Below are positions 29,915 through 38,575 of a stretch of DNA of 64,000 nt, piece after piece; the first letter of the stretch is position 1; each line of letters begins with the position of its first letter. This DNA is from Deltaproteobacteria bacterium (GTDB lineage Bacteria > Myxococcota_A > UBA796 > JAFGLY01). The stretch covers positions 20,329 to 84,328 of the forward strand of contig JAFGLY010000114.1 of NCBI GenBank assembly GCA_016927815.1, read 5' to 3'. Position numbers and translations under genes: made by a program. The notes under the pieces are model-generated. The model searched no databases and was not told the origin of the DNA. It saw nothing but the letters and a program-made list of their open reading frames with translations.

Positions 29915-30561
29915 TCCTCCTGGCCCTGGCCCTGGCCTGCGTGGAGCCGCGCGTCCCGGCGCCCGGCCTGCCCGCGGACCTGGCCGCTGCTCCGTTGGTG
30001 GTGCTGGCCGACGAGCGGGCCGGGCTCGAGGGGCGTGACGATCTCGACGCGATCGATCGGCGGCGTCTCCTGGACCTGGCCTGGCGCAACCGGTCTCCGG
30101 CCCAGGTGTCCGACGACCTCTCCGGCGTCCGTCCCGATCGGCGCGAGGAGGAGGCCGCCCTGCGCCGGGAGTGGCGAACGGAGCACGTGGCCTACTCGTG
30201 GGACAACCTGAATCCGGACGCCCAGATGGAGCCCCAGCCCGAGCACATGAGCCTCACGTGGCGGGTGCTGGCCACCAAGCTGCCCTGGGCGCGCGCCCAC
30301 CAGCCCTTCGAGGAGCCCTGGATCTCGGAGTACTTCGCCCGCAAGCGCTGGTACGTGGTCCGGGGCGGACCGGTGGCCCTCTCGGTCATCGACCAGGTCC
30401 AGCTGGACAGGCTGCACAGGGAGCTGGAGGCGATGACCGCGAGCGACCTGGAGGCGTGGCGTTCGAGCCTGCCTTTGCCGGAAATGAGCCCCGAGGAGGC
30501 GGCGCTCGAGGCCCGACTCGCCACCGAACTCCTCGCCCTCCGGTCGGAGCAGGGGGGATGA
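29911..30561 (+). CDS. Lipoprotein with divergent YARHG-like domain
   Basis: GTG start overlaps the upstream stop; lipobox ALAC; WARAHQPFEEPWISEYFARKRWY...LSVIDQVQL. Confidence 0.65.
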   Translation: MILLALALACVEPRVPAPGLPADLAAAPLVVLADERAGLEGRDDLDAIDRRRLLDLAWRNRSPAQVSDDLSGVRPDRREEEAALRREWRTEHVAYSWDNLNPDAQMEPQPEHMSLTWRVLATKLPWARAHQPFEEPWISEYFARKRWYVVRGGPVALSVIDQVQLDRLHRELEAMTASDLEAWRSSLPLPEMSPEEAALEARLATELLALRSEQGG

Positions 30562-30791
30562 CCCATCCCTTCCGGGCCCTCTCGAGGACGCCCGTGCGCC
30601 TGCCCTGGCCAACCAGGGCCGGATCCCTGGGAGCCGCCCTCGTCCTCTCCGGGCTCCTGGTGCTGGCCGTATTCGTGGCTTGGAGCCTATGGATCGGGAT
30701 CTGGCGTACGAAGGGGGACGACGGTCCCCTCCCGGTCTGGATCGGCCCGGAGGACCGCGCGACCGAAGGCCTGGGCGCCGAGGGCTCCTGA
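30558..30791 (+). CDS. Small single-pass membrane protein (77 aa)
   Basis: ATGA overlap with the previous stop; TM segment AALVLSGLLVLAVFVAWSLW. Confidence 0.55.
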   Translation: MTHPFRALSRTPVRLPWPTRAGSLGAALVLSGLLVLAVFVAWSLWIGIWRTKGDDGPLPVWIGPEDRATEGLGAEGS

Positions 30792-30849
30792 ACGGCGCGT
30801 TCCTGGACACCCCGCCCCGTAGATGCCACGATGGAGAGACGGAGGATCC

Positions 30850-31569
30850 ATGTTCCCCCTGCTCGCGCTCCTGGGGATCGCCTGCAGCGCACCCGACGAC
30901 ACCGGCACCCCCCCGCCCGAGGACAGCTCGAAGGACTCGGGCGGCGAGACCGCGGGTGACTCGGCGCCCGACACCGGCCTCGAGCCCTTCGCGCCCGTCT
31001 ACTGGACCTGGAACCTCTACACCGGCGTCCAGGACGGCCTCACCGTCCCGGTCACGTACCTGGGCGAGGCGATGCCGCCGTACCTGGATGTGCTCCTCCT
31101 CGCCCCCGAGTACCCGAAGGACCCCACCCCAGAGGGGAAGTGCCAGATCCGCTACACGGTCACGGGCGAACCGGCGATCCTGGATCCCGGGCAGATCCTG
31201 GGCTGGGAGCTGTCCCTGGCCCCGCTGGACACCACCTGCGACCGTCTGGATCCGGTGGAATGGGGCGAAGACCCCTTCACCTTCGGCCTCGCGCACACCT
31301 GGGCCATGGCCGCCCTTCCTCTGGATCCGCTGCTCGAGAAGACCTTGGACGCCGCGGGCATCCGCACCGATCACGTGATCGGCGCCGATACCTGGCTGGA
31401 CGGCGCCTCGGTGGCGGAGGCGAACGCGCAGCAGACCCACTACGCCAGCGCGGTCGAGGTGGATGCCGACATGGTGGTGAATCCCGGGGACGTGCTCGAC
31501 GCCGACGCGCTGCTCGCTGGGACGGACGCCTGGTGGGTGCTCCACCACGCCTACCTGTTCGAGATCTGA
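30850..31569 (+). CDS. Hypothetical lipoprotein with DTG/DSG-rich linker
   Basis: GGAGG RBS; MFPLLALLGIAC lipobox; acidic linker. Confidence 0.75.
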   Translation: MFPLLALLGIACSAPDDTGTPPPEDSSKDSGGETAGDSAPDTGLEPFAPVYWTWNLYTGVQDGLTVPVTYLGEAMPPYLDVLLLAPEYPKDPTPEGKCQIRYTVTGEPAILDPGQILGWELSLAPLDTTCDRLDPVEWGEDPFTFGLAHTWAMAALPLDPLLEKTLDAAGIRTDHVIGADTWLDGASVAEANAQQTHYASAVEVDADMVVNPGDVLDADALLAGTDAWWVLHHAYLFEI

Positions 31570-31595
31570 TCCCGCTCGAACCTTCTGGAGGTGCC

Positions 31596-32153
31596 TTGCC
31601 GACCCGCTGCGCCTGGGTGACCGACGACCCCTTGTACATCGCCTACCACGACCGCGAGTGGGGCGTGCCCGTCCACGACGACCGTCGCCACTTCGAGTTC
31701 CTGGTGCTGGAGAGCGCCCAGGCGGGCCTCTCCTGGCTCACGATCCTGCACAAGCGCGAGGGCTACCGCCGCGCGTTCGCAGGGTTCGACGCCGAGGCGG
31801 TGGCACGGTTCGGACCCCCGGACGTGGAACGCCTGCTCGCGGATCCCGCCATCGTGCGCAACCGACGGAAGGTGGAGGCCGCGGTGGCGAACGCCCGGGT
31901 CTTTCTGGAGATCCAGTCGAAATTCGGTTCCTTCGACGCCTACATCTGGAGATTCGTCGGCGGATCGACCCGCCGCAACGCCTGGCGCACGGCGGCCGAG
32001 GTTCCCGTATCCACGCCCGAATCCGAGGCCCTCTCGGACGACCTGAAGCGGCAGGGCATGCGGTTCGTGGGTCCGGTCGTGATCTACGCCCACATGCAGG
32101 CCTGCGGCCTGGTGGACGATCACACCACCGACTGCTTCCGACACGGGCGGTAG
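31596..32153 (+). CDS. tag: DNA-3-methyladenine glycosylase I
   Basis: Motifs RCAW, YHDREWGVP, FEFLVLESAQAGLSW, IVRNRRK, FVGP, DH..DC. TTG start after GGAGG. Confidence 0.95.
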   Translation: MPTRCAWVTDDPLYIAYHDREWGVPVHDDRRHFEFLVLESAQAGLSWLTILHKREGYRRAFAGFDAEAVARFGPPDVERLLADPAIVRNRRKVEAAVANARVFLEIQSKFGSFDAYIWRFVGGSTRRNAWRTAAEVPVSTPESEALSDDLKRQGMRFVGPVVIYAHMQACGLVDDHTTDCFRHGR

Positions 32154-32165
32154 GCGCCCCGACGC

Positions 32166-33269
32166 TCACCCGCCGCGCCGCACCTCGGCCTGGGCCAGCG
32201 CGTCCACCCGCTCGTTGCCCTCGATGCCGGCATGGCCCGCGACCCAGCGCACCCGGGCGGCTGGCCGGCCGGCCAGCGCCACCCGGAGCGGGCCGACCAG
32301 GTCCGCGTTGGCCCGGACCTTCCACCCCAGGACCGCCATGCCCTCGGCATACCGGCTGTCGGTGCACAGGAGGACCGGAGCCTGGGCGGGGACCTGCGCC
32401 TCGTCGAGAAGGGCGAGCCCCAGCCGAAGCGCGGCGAGCTCGGCCCTCTGGCTGGTTCCCCTTCCCAGGAAGCGTGCCGTCTCCAGGCGCACGCCGCCCG
32501 GCCCTCGGAGGACGGCTGCCGCCGCTGAGGGGCCCGGGTTGCCCAGGCACGCCCCATCGGTGAACACCACCCAGGTGTCCGAGGAGAGGCCTTCGAGCAG
32601 GGATGCGGCCTCAGCCCGCGCTCTCGCCGCCTGGGACGCGTTGCGGGTGCCCGAGCTGCCCACCCCCCCCTCGGGCGCGGTCGTGCGGGCGACACGATCC
32701 TGGACGGCCAGGAGGCCCAACAGGATGAGGGCCTGGTAGTGCGCATCGTAGTCCGCGCGGTGCTTTTTCGCCCGGTCCTCGGGGGGCAGTGCGAGCCGCT
32801 CGGCCAGCACCTCCTTGTTCGTGTCGAACCAGTGGAGGCCCAGCACCCCAGCGGCCAGCGACTTGGTGCACATGGCCTTGTAGCCGAAAGGGTTGGGCAA
32901 CCCCTCCACGCCGTATGCGTGGGATACGAACGACCAGTCGAACGGCGCGTTGTGCCCGACGAAGACCGGCTTCGTGCCGGGCACCGTCTCGGCGGCGACC
33001 CACGCGGAGAGGGCCTCCAGTGCCAGGCGTCGGGGGCGCCCGTGGGCCCGGAGGTGGTCGATCGTCAGGCCGTGCACCGCCATGGCGCCCGGGTCCACGT
33101 GTCCGAAGACGGGCTGGATCTCCACGTAGAACGACCCGCCCAGCTCCCGGCCGCCTCCGGGCACAGGCCGTACGCCGACCGCGCCGAGCGAGATCATGTC
33201 GTGGTAAGCGGGAACCTGTCCCGTGCACTCGATGTCCACGCAGCAGTAGGTCGCACGCTCGGACGCCAC
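32166..33269 (-). CDS. Fusion of DEDDh 3'-5' exonuclease and ribonuclease HI
   Basis: N-terminal VDIECTG, GHNAPFDW, HRADYDA; C-terminal FTDGACLGNPG, RAEL, TDSRY, WVAGHAG..GNERVDALA. Confidence 0.88.
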   Translation of the reverse strand: MASERATYCCVDIECTGQVPAYHDMISLGAVGVRPVPGGGRELGGSFYVEIQPVFGHVDPGAMAVHGLTIDHLRAHGRPRRLALEALSAWVAAETVPGTKPVFVGHNAPFDWSFVSHAYGVEGLPNPFGYKAMCTKSLAAGVLGLHWFDTNKEVLAERLALPPEDRAKKHRADYDAHYQALILLGLLAVQDRVARTTAPEGGVGSSGTRNASQAARARAEAASLLEGLSSDTWVVFTDGACLGNPGPSAAAAVLRGPGGVRLETARFLGRGTSQRAELAALRLGLALLDEAQVPAQAPVLLCTDSRYAEGMAVLGWKVRANADLVGPLRVALAGRPAARVRWVAGHAGIEGNERVDALAQAEVRRGG

Positions 33270-33335
33270 GGGTCACCTCTCGAACCCGACCTGGATCCAG
33301 CGGACGGGCGAGCGCCTCGTTAACATCGGGGCCCC

Positions 33336-34457
33336 ATGAAGCGACTCCTCACCGCATTGGCCGTTCTCAGCGGGATCGCACTCCTGGGCCTGGCGAGCCT
33401 CGCGCTCGCGGGCCTGGGCGCCCGGCGCGACCACGGCCCGGTGGCCACCTCGGTGGCCGTCACGGTGCTGCTCGCCCTGCCCGTGCTCGGCATCGCGAGC
33501 CTTTTCGGGCGCCGGATCGCGGGTCTCCTCACCGGCGCCATCGCCTGGCCGCTGCTGCTGCTGGTCGGCCTGCCCCTCTACTTCCCAGGGGAACGTCGGG
33601 AGGCCGTCCAGAGCGGCCTCGCCCTGCTGGGCTTCCCGCTCGGCCGGATCCTCTCGGTGGAGCACCAGGAGCAGGTGTCCCGCACGGTGGACGACCTGTT
33701 GGCGACCCCTCGGGCCCGGCCGCCCGTCCCCCAGGCACAGCCCACCGTGGTGCCCCCGCCTGCGCCGGGCGACCCGGACACCGTGGCCCTGCCCTACGAG
33801 GGCTCGGGCCACTCGCTCCTGGTCGCGGTGGGCCTGGATGGGCCGGGCGAGCGCCACGTCGAGGTCCCCATGGTGCTGGACACCGGGTCCACCTACACGA
33901 CCCTCGACCGGGCCACGCTGGCCGCCGCGGGGTACGCCGTGCCCGACGATGCCCCCACCATCACGTTCCAGACGGCCACGGGCGAGGCCACCAGCCCCAT
34001 CGTGCTGGCCGACCGCCTCTGGGTGGGGGGCCTGGAGGTCCCGGGTGTGACCATCGCGGTCTGTGACACCTGCGCCGACCCGGGCAGCCGAGCCGGTCTC
34101 CTCGGCCTCAACGTGTCCGGTCGCTTTCTCCTGACGCTCGACACGGTACGGCGGGAGGTGGTGCTGACCCCTCGCCTGGACGGACCGCTGGCCGCGCTCG
34201 ATGCCCGGCCGTGGGTGGATCTGGACGCACGCGGCACCCACTGGCCCGACGGCCACACGGAGTTCCGCATCCGGGTCCGCAACGACGGCCCGCGCCCCCT
34301 GGCCGAGGCCCTGGTCCGCATCGGTTGCGGCGATGCCACCTTCGACGTGGATCTCGGACCCGTGGGTGCAGGCGAGGCGCTCTCGCGGGAGGCCTCCGTG
34401 CCCTCGGGCACCGACTGCTCGCCCTTCCGCGCGGATCTGGCTCGGGCCCGCTGGTAG
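33336..34457 (+). CDS. Membrane-anchored retropepsin-like (clan AA) aspartic protease
   Basis: N-terminal TM helices; MVLDTGSTYTTL, QTATGE, GLLGLNVSGRF. Confidence 0.85.
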   Translation: MKRLLTALAVLSGIALLGLASLALAGLGARRDHGPVATSVAVTVLLALPVLGIASLFGRRIAGLLTGAIAWPLLLLVGLPLYFPGERREAVQSGLALLGFPLGRILSVEHQEQVSRTVDDLLATPRARPPVPQAQPTVVPPPAPGDPDTVALPYEGSGHSLLVAVGLDGPGERHVEVPMVLDTGSTYTTLDRATLAAAGYAVPDDAPTITFQTATGEATSPIVLADRLWVGGLEVPGVTIAVCDTCADPGSRAGLLGLNVSGRFLLTLDTVRREVVLTPRLDGPLAALDARPWVDLDARGTHWPDGHTEFRIRVRNDGPRPLAEALVRIGCGDATFDVDLGPVGAGEALSREASVPSGTDCSPFRADLARARW

Positions 34458-34504
34458 GGCGCCCGCCCTCAGGGGGGTTAGAGGGCGCTTCCTCAAGGTG
34501 CCCC

Positions 34505-35023
34505 ATGCCCAATCCTGCCATTCCCCGCGCCCAGGTCCACGCGCTCGCCGAGGCCTGCTCCGACGCCCGCGAGGCCTTCGAGCCCATCGCTGCACGCCTG
34601 TTGAAGGAGCAGCGCCGCCTCGGGCGCTTCATCGAGCGCAACGCCGCCTCCCTCGGCGCCGGCCCCGCACAGACGGCGGTCTACATGTGCGCCGTGACCG
34701 TGCGGATCTTCGAGCAGGTCGGCGGCCGCTTGAGGGCCGTCACCCATGCCGACCTGGACGCCGCAGCCGCCCGCGTGGCCACCGCCGTGGACGACCTCCT
34801 GCCCGTCGACAAGGCGGTCCCCGAGCGGCTCCGATCCGTTTCTTGGCGTGCCCAGCCCCACCTCCTGGACGAGATCCTCTGGGCCCTCTACGAGAAGGAG
34901 ACCCGCGAGGAGGGGGAGCTGCAGGTGGAGCCGCCCGAGGCGTTCCTCCTGCTCCTCACGCTCTGGGCCATCGTCGAGGCGCTCGACGCCCGCTGGACCC
35001 CCCCGGAGGGGTTCGGCGCGTGA
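34505..35023 (+). CDS. Hypothetical alpha-helical protein
   Basis: GC3-biased ORF MPNPAIPRAQVH... fills the gap between neighbouring genes. Confidence 0.7.
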   Translation: MPNPAIPRAQVHALAEACSDAREAFEPIAARLLKEQRRLGRFIERNAASLGAGPAQTAVYMCAVTVRIFEQVGGRLRAVTHADLDAAAARVATAVDDLLPVDKAVPERLRSVSWRAQPHLLDEILWALYEKETREEGELQVEPPEAFLLLLTLWAIVEALDARWTPPEGFGA

Positions 35024-35027
35024 GCAC

Positions 35028-35333
35028 CTACCGCACCACCCCGGCGAGCCAGGCCGCGTAGTCCGGATCGCTCTCCCGGACCTCGAACGTCACGATCTTG
35101 GGGGTCTCGTAGGAGTGGAGCGCACGGGCGCGCGCCACGACCGCCGAGACGCGATCGGTGGAGGTCTCCATGAGCAGCACCTCCTCCGGATCGTCCTGGA
35201 TCGCTCCCTTCCACCAGTAGAGCGACCGCACGCCGGGCAGGATGTTCCCGCAGGCCACGAGGCGTTCCTCGAGCAGTCGGCGGAGCAGGGGCTCGGCGTC
35301 GTGAGGGGCACAGGTCACGAGAACGAGGCGCAC
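35028..35333 (-). CDS. cutA: Divalent-cation tolerance protein CutA
   Basis: Motifs LLEERLVACGNI, SLYWWKG, HSYETP. Confidence 0.92.
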   Translation of the reverse strand: MRLVLVTCAPHDAEPLLRRLLEERLVACGNILPGVRSLYWWKGAIQDDPEEVLLMETSTDRVSAVVARARALHSYETPKIVTFEVRESDPDYAAWLAGVVR

Positions 35334-35336
35334 GGG

Positions 35337-36716
35337 CTATCCGGAAAAGGGGGTGTCGTCGCAGACGTCGCCGATTCCGTCTCCATCGGAGTCCTCCTGG
35401 TCGGGGGCCCAGGATCCGTCGGGATCGAGCGAGAGCTCCAGGTCGAGGACGGGGGTTCCGGCGTCGAGGAACCGGACGTAGTTGCCCCAGGCACCCCCCT
35501 GGTCCCGGACCTTGACGAGCATCCGGTTCCAGCCGGCCCGGAGCGTGACCTCGGCGGTGAACAGGTCCACCACCGTGCCCTGGCACCCAGAGATGTCCAT
35601 CACGACCTCCCCCTCGAGCCACACGCGGGCGCCGTCGTCCGGGCCCAGGGCGAGGGTGAGCCCGCGCGTGGACTCCGAGCGGACATACACCGCGGTGTAG
35701 ACCTCCCGGGGCGGGTCCACCGCGCCGTAGTCGGTGAGGAACTCCAGGCGATCCGTGAGGCTCCAGAGCACGGTCCAGGTCGCGCTCCCGGCGCTGTCTC
35801 CGAGCCCGGGCGCTACCGCGGCCTCGTCCGTGGCCACCAGAGCGTCGTCGGAGGGGCGGCAGGCGTCGGTGCTGGAGGTGCCCCAGTAGGGGCCCGCAGC
35901 CAGCCAGGTACGGAGGAAGCCCTGCCTCGAGGGAGCGAGCACGGGCGCGCCGGGACCGTTGGGCAGGTCCGGGCAGTTGTCCTCCTCGTCCAGCACGCCG
36001 TCGCCGTCGCGGTCGTCGTCGCAGCGGTCGGGTCGGCCGTCGCCGTCCGGGTCGTCGGTCTCCTCGAGCGGCCAGGCGGCATCCTCGGGGGCCACCGGTG
36101 CGATCTCGAGGGCGTAGTACGGCACCGGCGCGTCGAGGAGCCCGTGGATGCACACCGCGTAGCGCCCACCGGCGAGGAAACGAGCCCCGGGTGCCTCGTC
36201 CGGATCGAGCATCGCACAGCCGTCCGCACCCGGAGTGCCCACCGCTACCTCGGCGCCGGTGGGGTCGTGCAGGGCCAGCGTGGCCGGGGCGGGGCAGGGG
36301 GTCAGAAGCCGGGCTGCGAAGCCCGAGCAGTCGTCCATGTCCAGGTCGAAGCAGTCCACGTCGCCCTCTTCGAGGGCACCGTGGACGATGCGGCCATCCC
36401 AGGTCTGGGCGGCCTGCCACGTGTCGTTGGGCTCGGCCTCCAGTTGGCCGTCCTCCACGGTGCAGGCGGGGGTGCATCCGTCGCCTCCCCAGGCGTTCGC
36501 GTCGTCGCAGGCCTCCTTGGCGTCGCACACGCCGTCCCCGCAGGCGGCGGGCAGGCAGTCGGTCCGGCACGCATCGGGCGATGTGTCGCTGTTGGCGTCT
36601 CCGTCATCGCAAAGCTCGCCTTCCTCGAGGATCCCGTTGCCGCAGCCCGGCAACAGGCCCGAGTCCTGGTGGGACTCGCAGGAGGCGGCGAGTGCGAGGA
36701 GGAGGACGGGACGCAT
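35337..36716 (-). CDS. Lipoprotein with Myxococcus Cys-rich repeats, TSP3-like repeats and a beta-sandwich domain
   Basis: Lipobox AASC; CGNGILEEGELCDDG and CGDG...CDDAN..GDGC repeats; EAEPND; DxDGDGxxDxxDNC; DDGARVWL. Confidence 0.82.
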   Translation of the reverse strand: MRPVLLLALAASCESHQDSGLLPGCGNGILEEGELCDDGDANSDTSPDACRTDCLPAACGDGVCDAKEACDDANAWGGDGCTPACTVEDGQLEAEPNDTWQAAQTWDGRIVHGALEEGDVDCFDLDMDDCSGFAARLLTPCPAPATLALHDPTGAEVAVGTPGADGCAMLDPDEAPGARFLAGGRYAVCIHGLLDAPVPYYALEIAPVAPEDAAWPLEETDDPDGDGRPDRCDDDRDGDGVLDEEDNCPDLPNGPGAPVLAPSRQGFLRTWLAAGPYWGTSSTDACRPSDDALVATDEAAVAPGLGDSAGSATWTVLWSLTDRLEFLTDYGAVDPPREVYTAVYVRSESTRGLTLALGPDDGARVWLEGEVVMDISGCQGTVVDLFTAEVTLRAGWNRMLVKVRDQGGAWGNYVRFLDAGTPVLDLELSLDPDGSWAPDQEDSDGDGIGDVCDDTPFSG

Positions 36717-36762
36717 GGGGCCCGCCTATCCGCCCGGCGCGCCGGCCGGGTATGTTGTGGCC

Positions 36763-38481
36763 ATGTCCATAAACGGGTTCCTGATCCTCACCGCGGCCCT
36801 GGCCGCCGAGACCCGCTTCCACCCGGGTCCCGGACCCGAGTGCGTGACGATCGACGCCGACTCGCGCATCGGATCCATGCCGGTCCGGCGGACCGGTGCG
36901 CTGCTCGCCCACGTCGAGGATCCGGGCGCTTTGCTCGTGGATCCGGACGTCGCGCGCGTGGAGGTGCTCGCCGGAGACGGCCACGTCGTTCGGATCGTGC
37001 CGCGCGAGGGCCTGGACGAGGGGACGCTCTCGGTCGATCTCCACGGCCGGCCGGGCGTGACCTGGGCCCATCCGGACCTCGCGCTGCCGCTCGTGCTCCA
37101 CGCCCTGCCGGACGATCCCTTCGTGACGGACCAGTGGCATCTCGAGAACACGGGGCAGGGGGGCTGGCTCCCAGGTGTGGACATCAATGCCGAGGCCGCC
37201 TGGGCCCGGACGTCCGGACACGGAGCCCTGGTGGCCATCGTGGACACCGGGGTCGAACTCACCCACCCGGACCTCGCGGTGATCGGCGGTTGGGACTACG
37301 TGAGCGGCGACGCGGACTCCAGCCCGGACCTGGAGGACGACAGCGGGCCCCACGGCACGGCATCCGCGGGCCTGGCCGCGGCGATCGGCGACAACGGGCG
37401 CGGGGTGGCGGGCGTGGCCTGGGAGGCCCAAGTCTACGCCATCCGTCTCATCGGGGGGTACACCACGCTGGGCGACCTCTACGACGCCTTCGTGGAGGCC
37501 ACGGACGCAGGGGCGTGGGTGATCTCCAACTCCTGGGGCTTCGGGGACGACTGCTCCCCCTTTCCCACGTTCGGCTCCATCCAGGACGCCGTGGATTACG
37601 CCGAGCAGCACGGCCGCGGCGGCCTGGGGACCGTGGTGGTGGCCAGCGCCGGCAACGCGAACTGCGACATCTCCGAGGACGGCTTCCTCGCCCATCCCGC
37701 GGTGGTGGGCGTGGCCGCGTCCAACGGCAACGACGAGCGGGAGGGATACTCCTGCTACGGGGACCACGTGGACCTCTCGGCCCCCTCCGGAGGGGTGCTC
37801 ACCACGGACCTCACCGGGGAGGCCGGCTACGGATCGTGGGAGAAGGACGACGCCTGCTACGGGTACTTCTCGGGCACGAGCGCCTCGGCGCCCATCGTGG
37901 CGGGCGCCGTTGCGCTCCTGTTCGGGGCCAATCCCCGCCTGACTGCGGCCCAGGCCCGCGAGGTGCTCTGCGAGACCGCCGTCCGCCTCGACGTGGACCA
38001 CGCAGGCTACGACGCATCCGGCTGGAGCCCCTGGTACGGCTGCGGGCGGGTGGATGCCGGCTCGGCGGTGCAGGCGGTGGCCAATGCGGCGCCTGGCGCA
38101 CCCGTGCCGCTCGTCCCTGGGGCAGAGGCCTGGGAGGAGCGGGTGCTGCTCGCCTGGGTGCCGGCGGTGGACCCGGACGGCGACTGGCTCGAACACACGG
38201 TGTCGTGGTGGGTGGACGAGGGCCCGGTCCAGGAGGCCACCCTGGAGGGGTCCTCGCTCGACCTGAGCGGTGCGGTCCAGGCCGGGGACCGGGTGTCCTG
38301 GCAGGTGTCGGCCACTGATCTCTGGGGCCCTGGAGAGGCCAGCGACGTGCGCTCGTTCCGCGTCGTCGAGACCCCTCGGCGGATGCGCCCCGATGCCTCG
38401 TGCGCGGCGACCGGCCGCCGCCACGGCGCATGGGCGATTCTCCTCGCCCTGCTCGCGATGGCCCGACGGCGGAGGGGGTAG
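36763..38481 (+). CDS. S8 subtilisin-like serine protease with MYXO-CTERM-like tail
   Basis: Catalytic triad VAIVDTGV, HGTASAG, FSGTSASAP; SAGN; tail SCAATG-hydrophobic-RRRRG. Confidence 0.92.
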   Translation: MSINGFLILTAALAAETRFHPGPGPECVTIDADSRIGSMPVRRTGALLAHVEDPGALLVDPDVARVEVLAGDGHVVRIVPREGLDEGTLSVDLHGRPGVTWAHPDLALPLVLHALPDDPFVTDQWHLENTGQGGWLPGVDINAEAAWARTSGHGALVAIVDTGVELTHPDLAVIGGWDYVSGDADSSPDLEDDSGPHGTASAGLAAAIGDNGRGVAGVAWEAQVYAIRLIGGYTTLGDLYDAFVEATDAGAWVISNSWGFGDDCSPFPTFGSIQDAVDYAEQHGRGGLGTVVVASAGNANCDISEDGFLAHPAVVGVAASNGNDEREGYSCYGDHVDLSAPSGGVLTTDLTGEAGYGSWEKDDACYGYFSGTSASAPIVAGAVALLFGANPRLTAAQAREVLCETAVRLDVDHAGYDASGWSPWYGCGRVDAGSAVQAVANAAPGAPVPLVPGAEAWEERVLLAWVPAVDPDGDWLEHTVSWWVDEGPVQEATLEGSSLDLSGAVQAGDRVSWQVSATDLWGPGEASDVRSFRVVETPRRMRPDASCAATGRRHGAWAILLALLAMARRRRG

Positions 38482-38513
38482 CGCCCGGCCTGCCAGTTTC
38501 GCGGGCGTCGTGC

Positions 38514-38543
38514 TTGCCCGGCAGCCCGGGCCTCGGCTATGCT
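38514..38543 (+). promoter_or_regulatory. Candidate sigma70 promoter for pilC
   Basis: TTGCCC-N18-TATGCT in the intergenic gap before ATG 38576. Confidence 0.35.
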
Positions 38544-38575
38544 CCTCGCCTCGCACCACACACGGAACGCCCGGG

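Noticed and set aside
24255-30561. Apparent 1057-aa and 1102-aa giant ORFs
   Set aside because: Only their C-terminal parts (otsB from 26619 and the lipoprotein from 29911) look like real proteins.
31596-33269. Retron or antiphage defence island suggested by RNase H plus exonuclease
   Set aside because: No reverse transcriptase, msr-msd-like structure or other defence genes nearby; the neighbours look like housekeeping genes.
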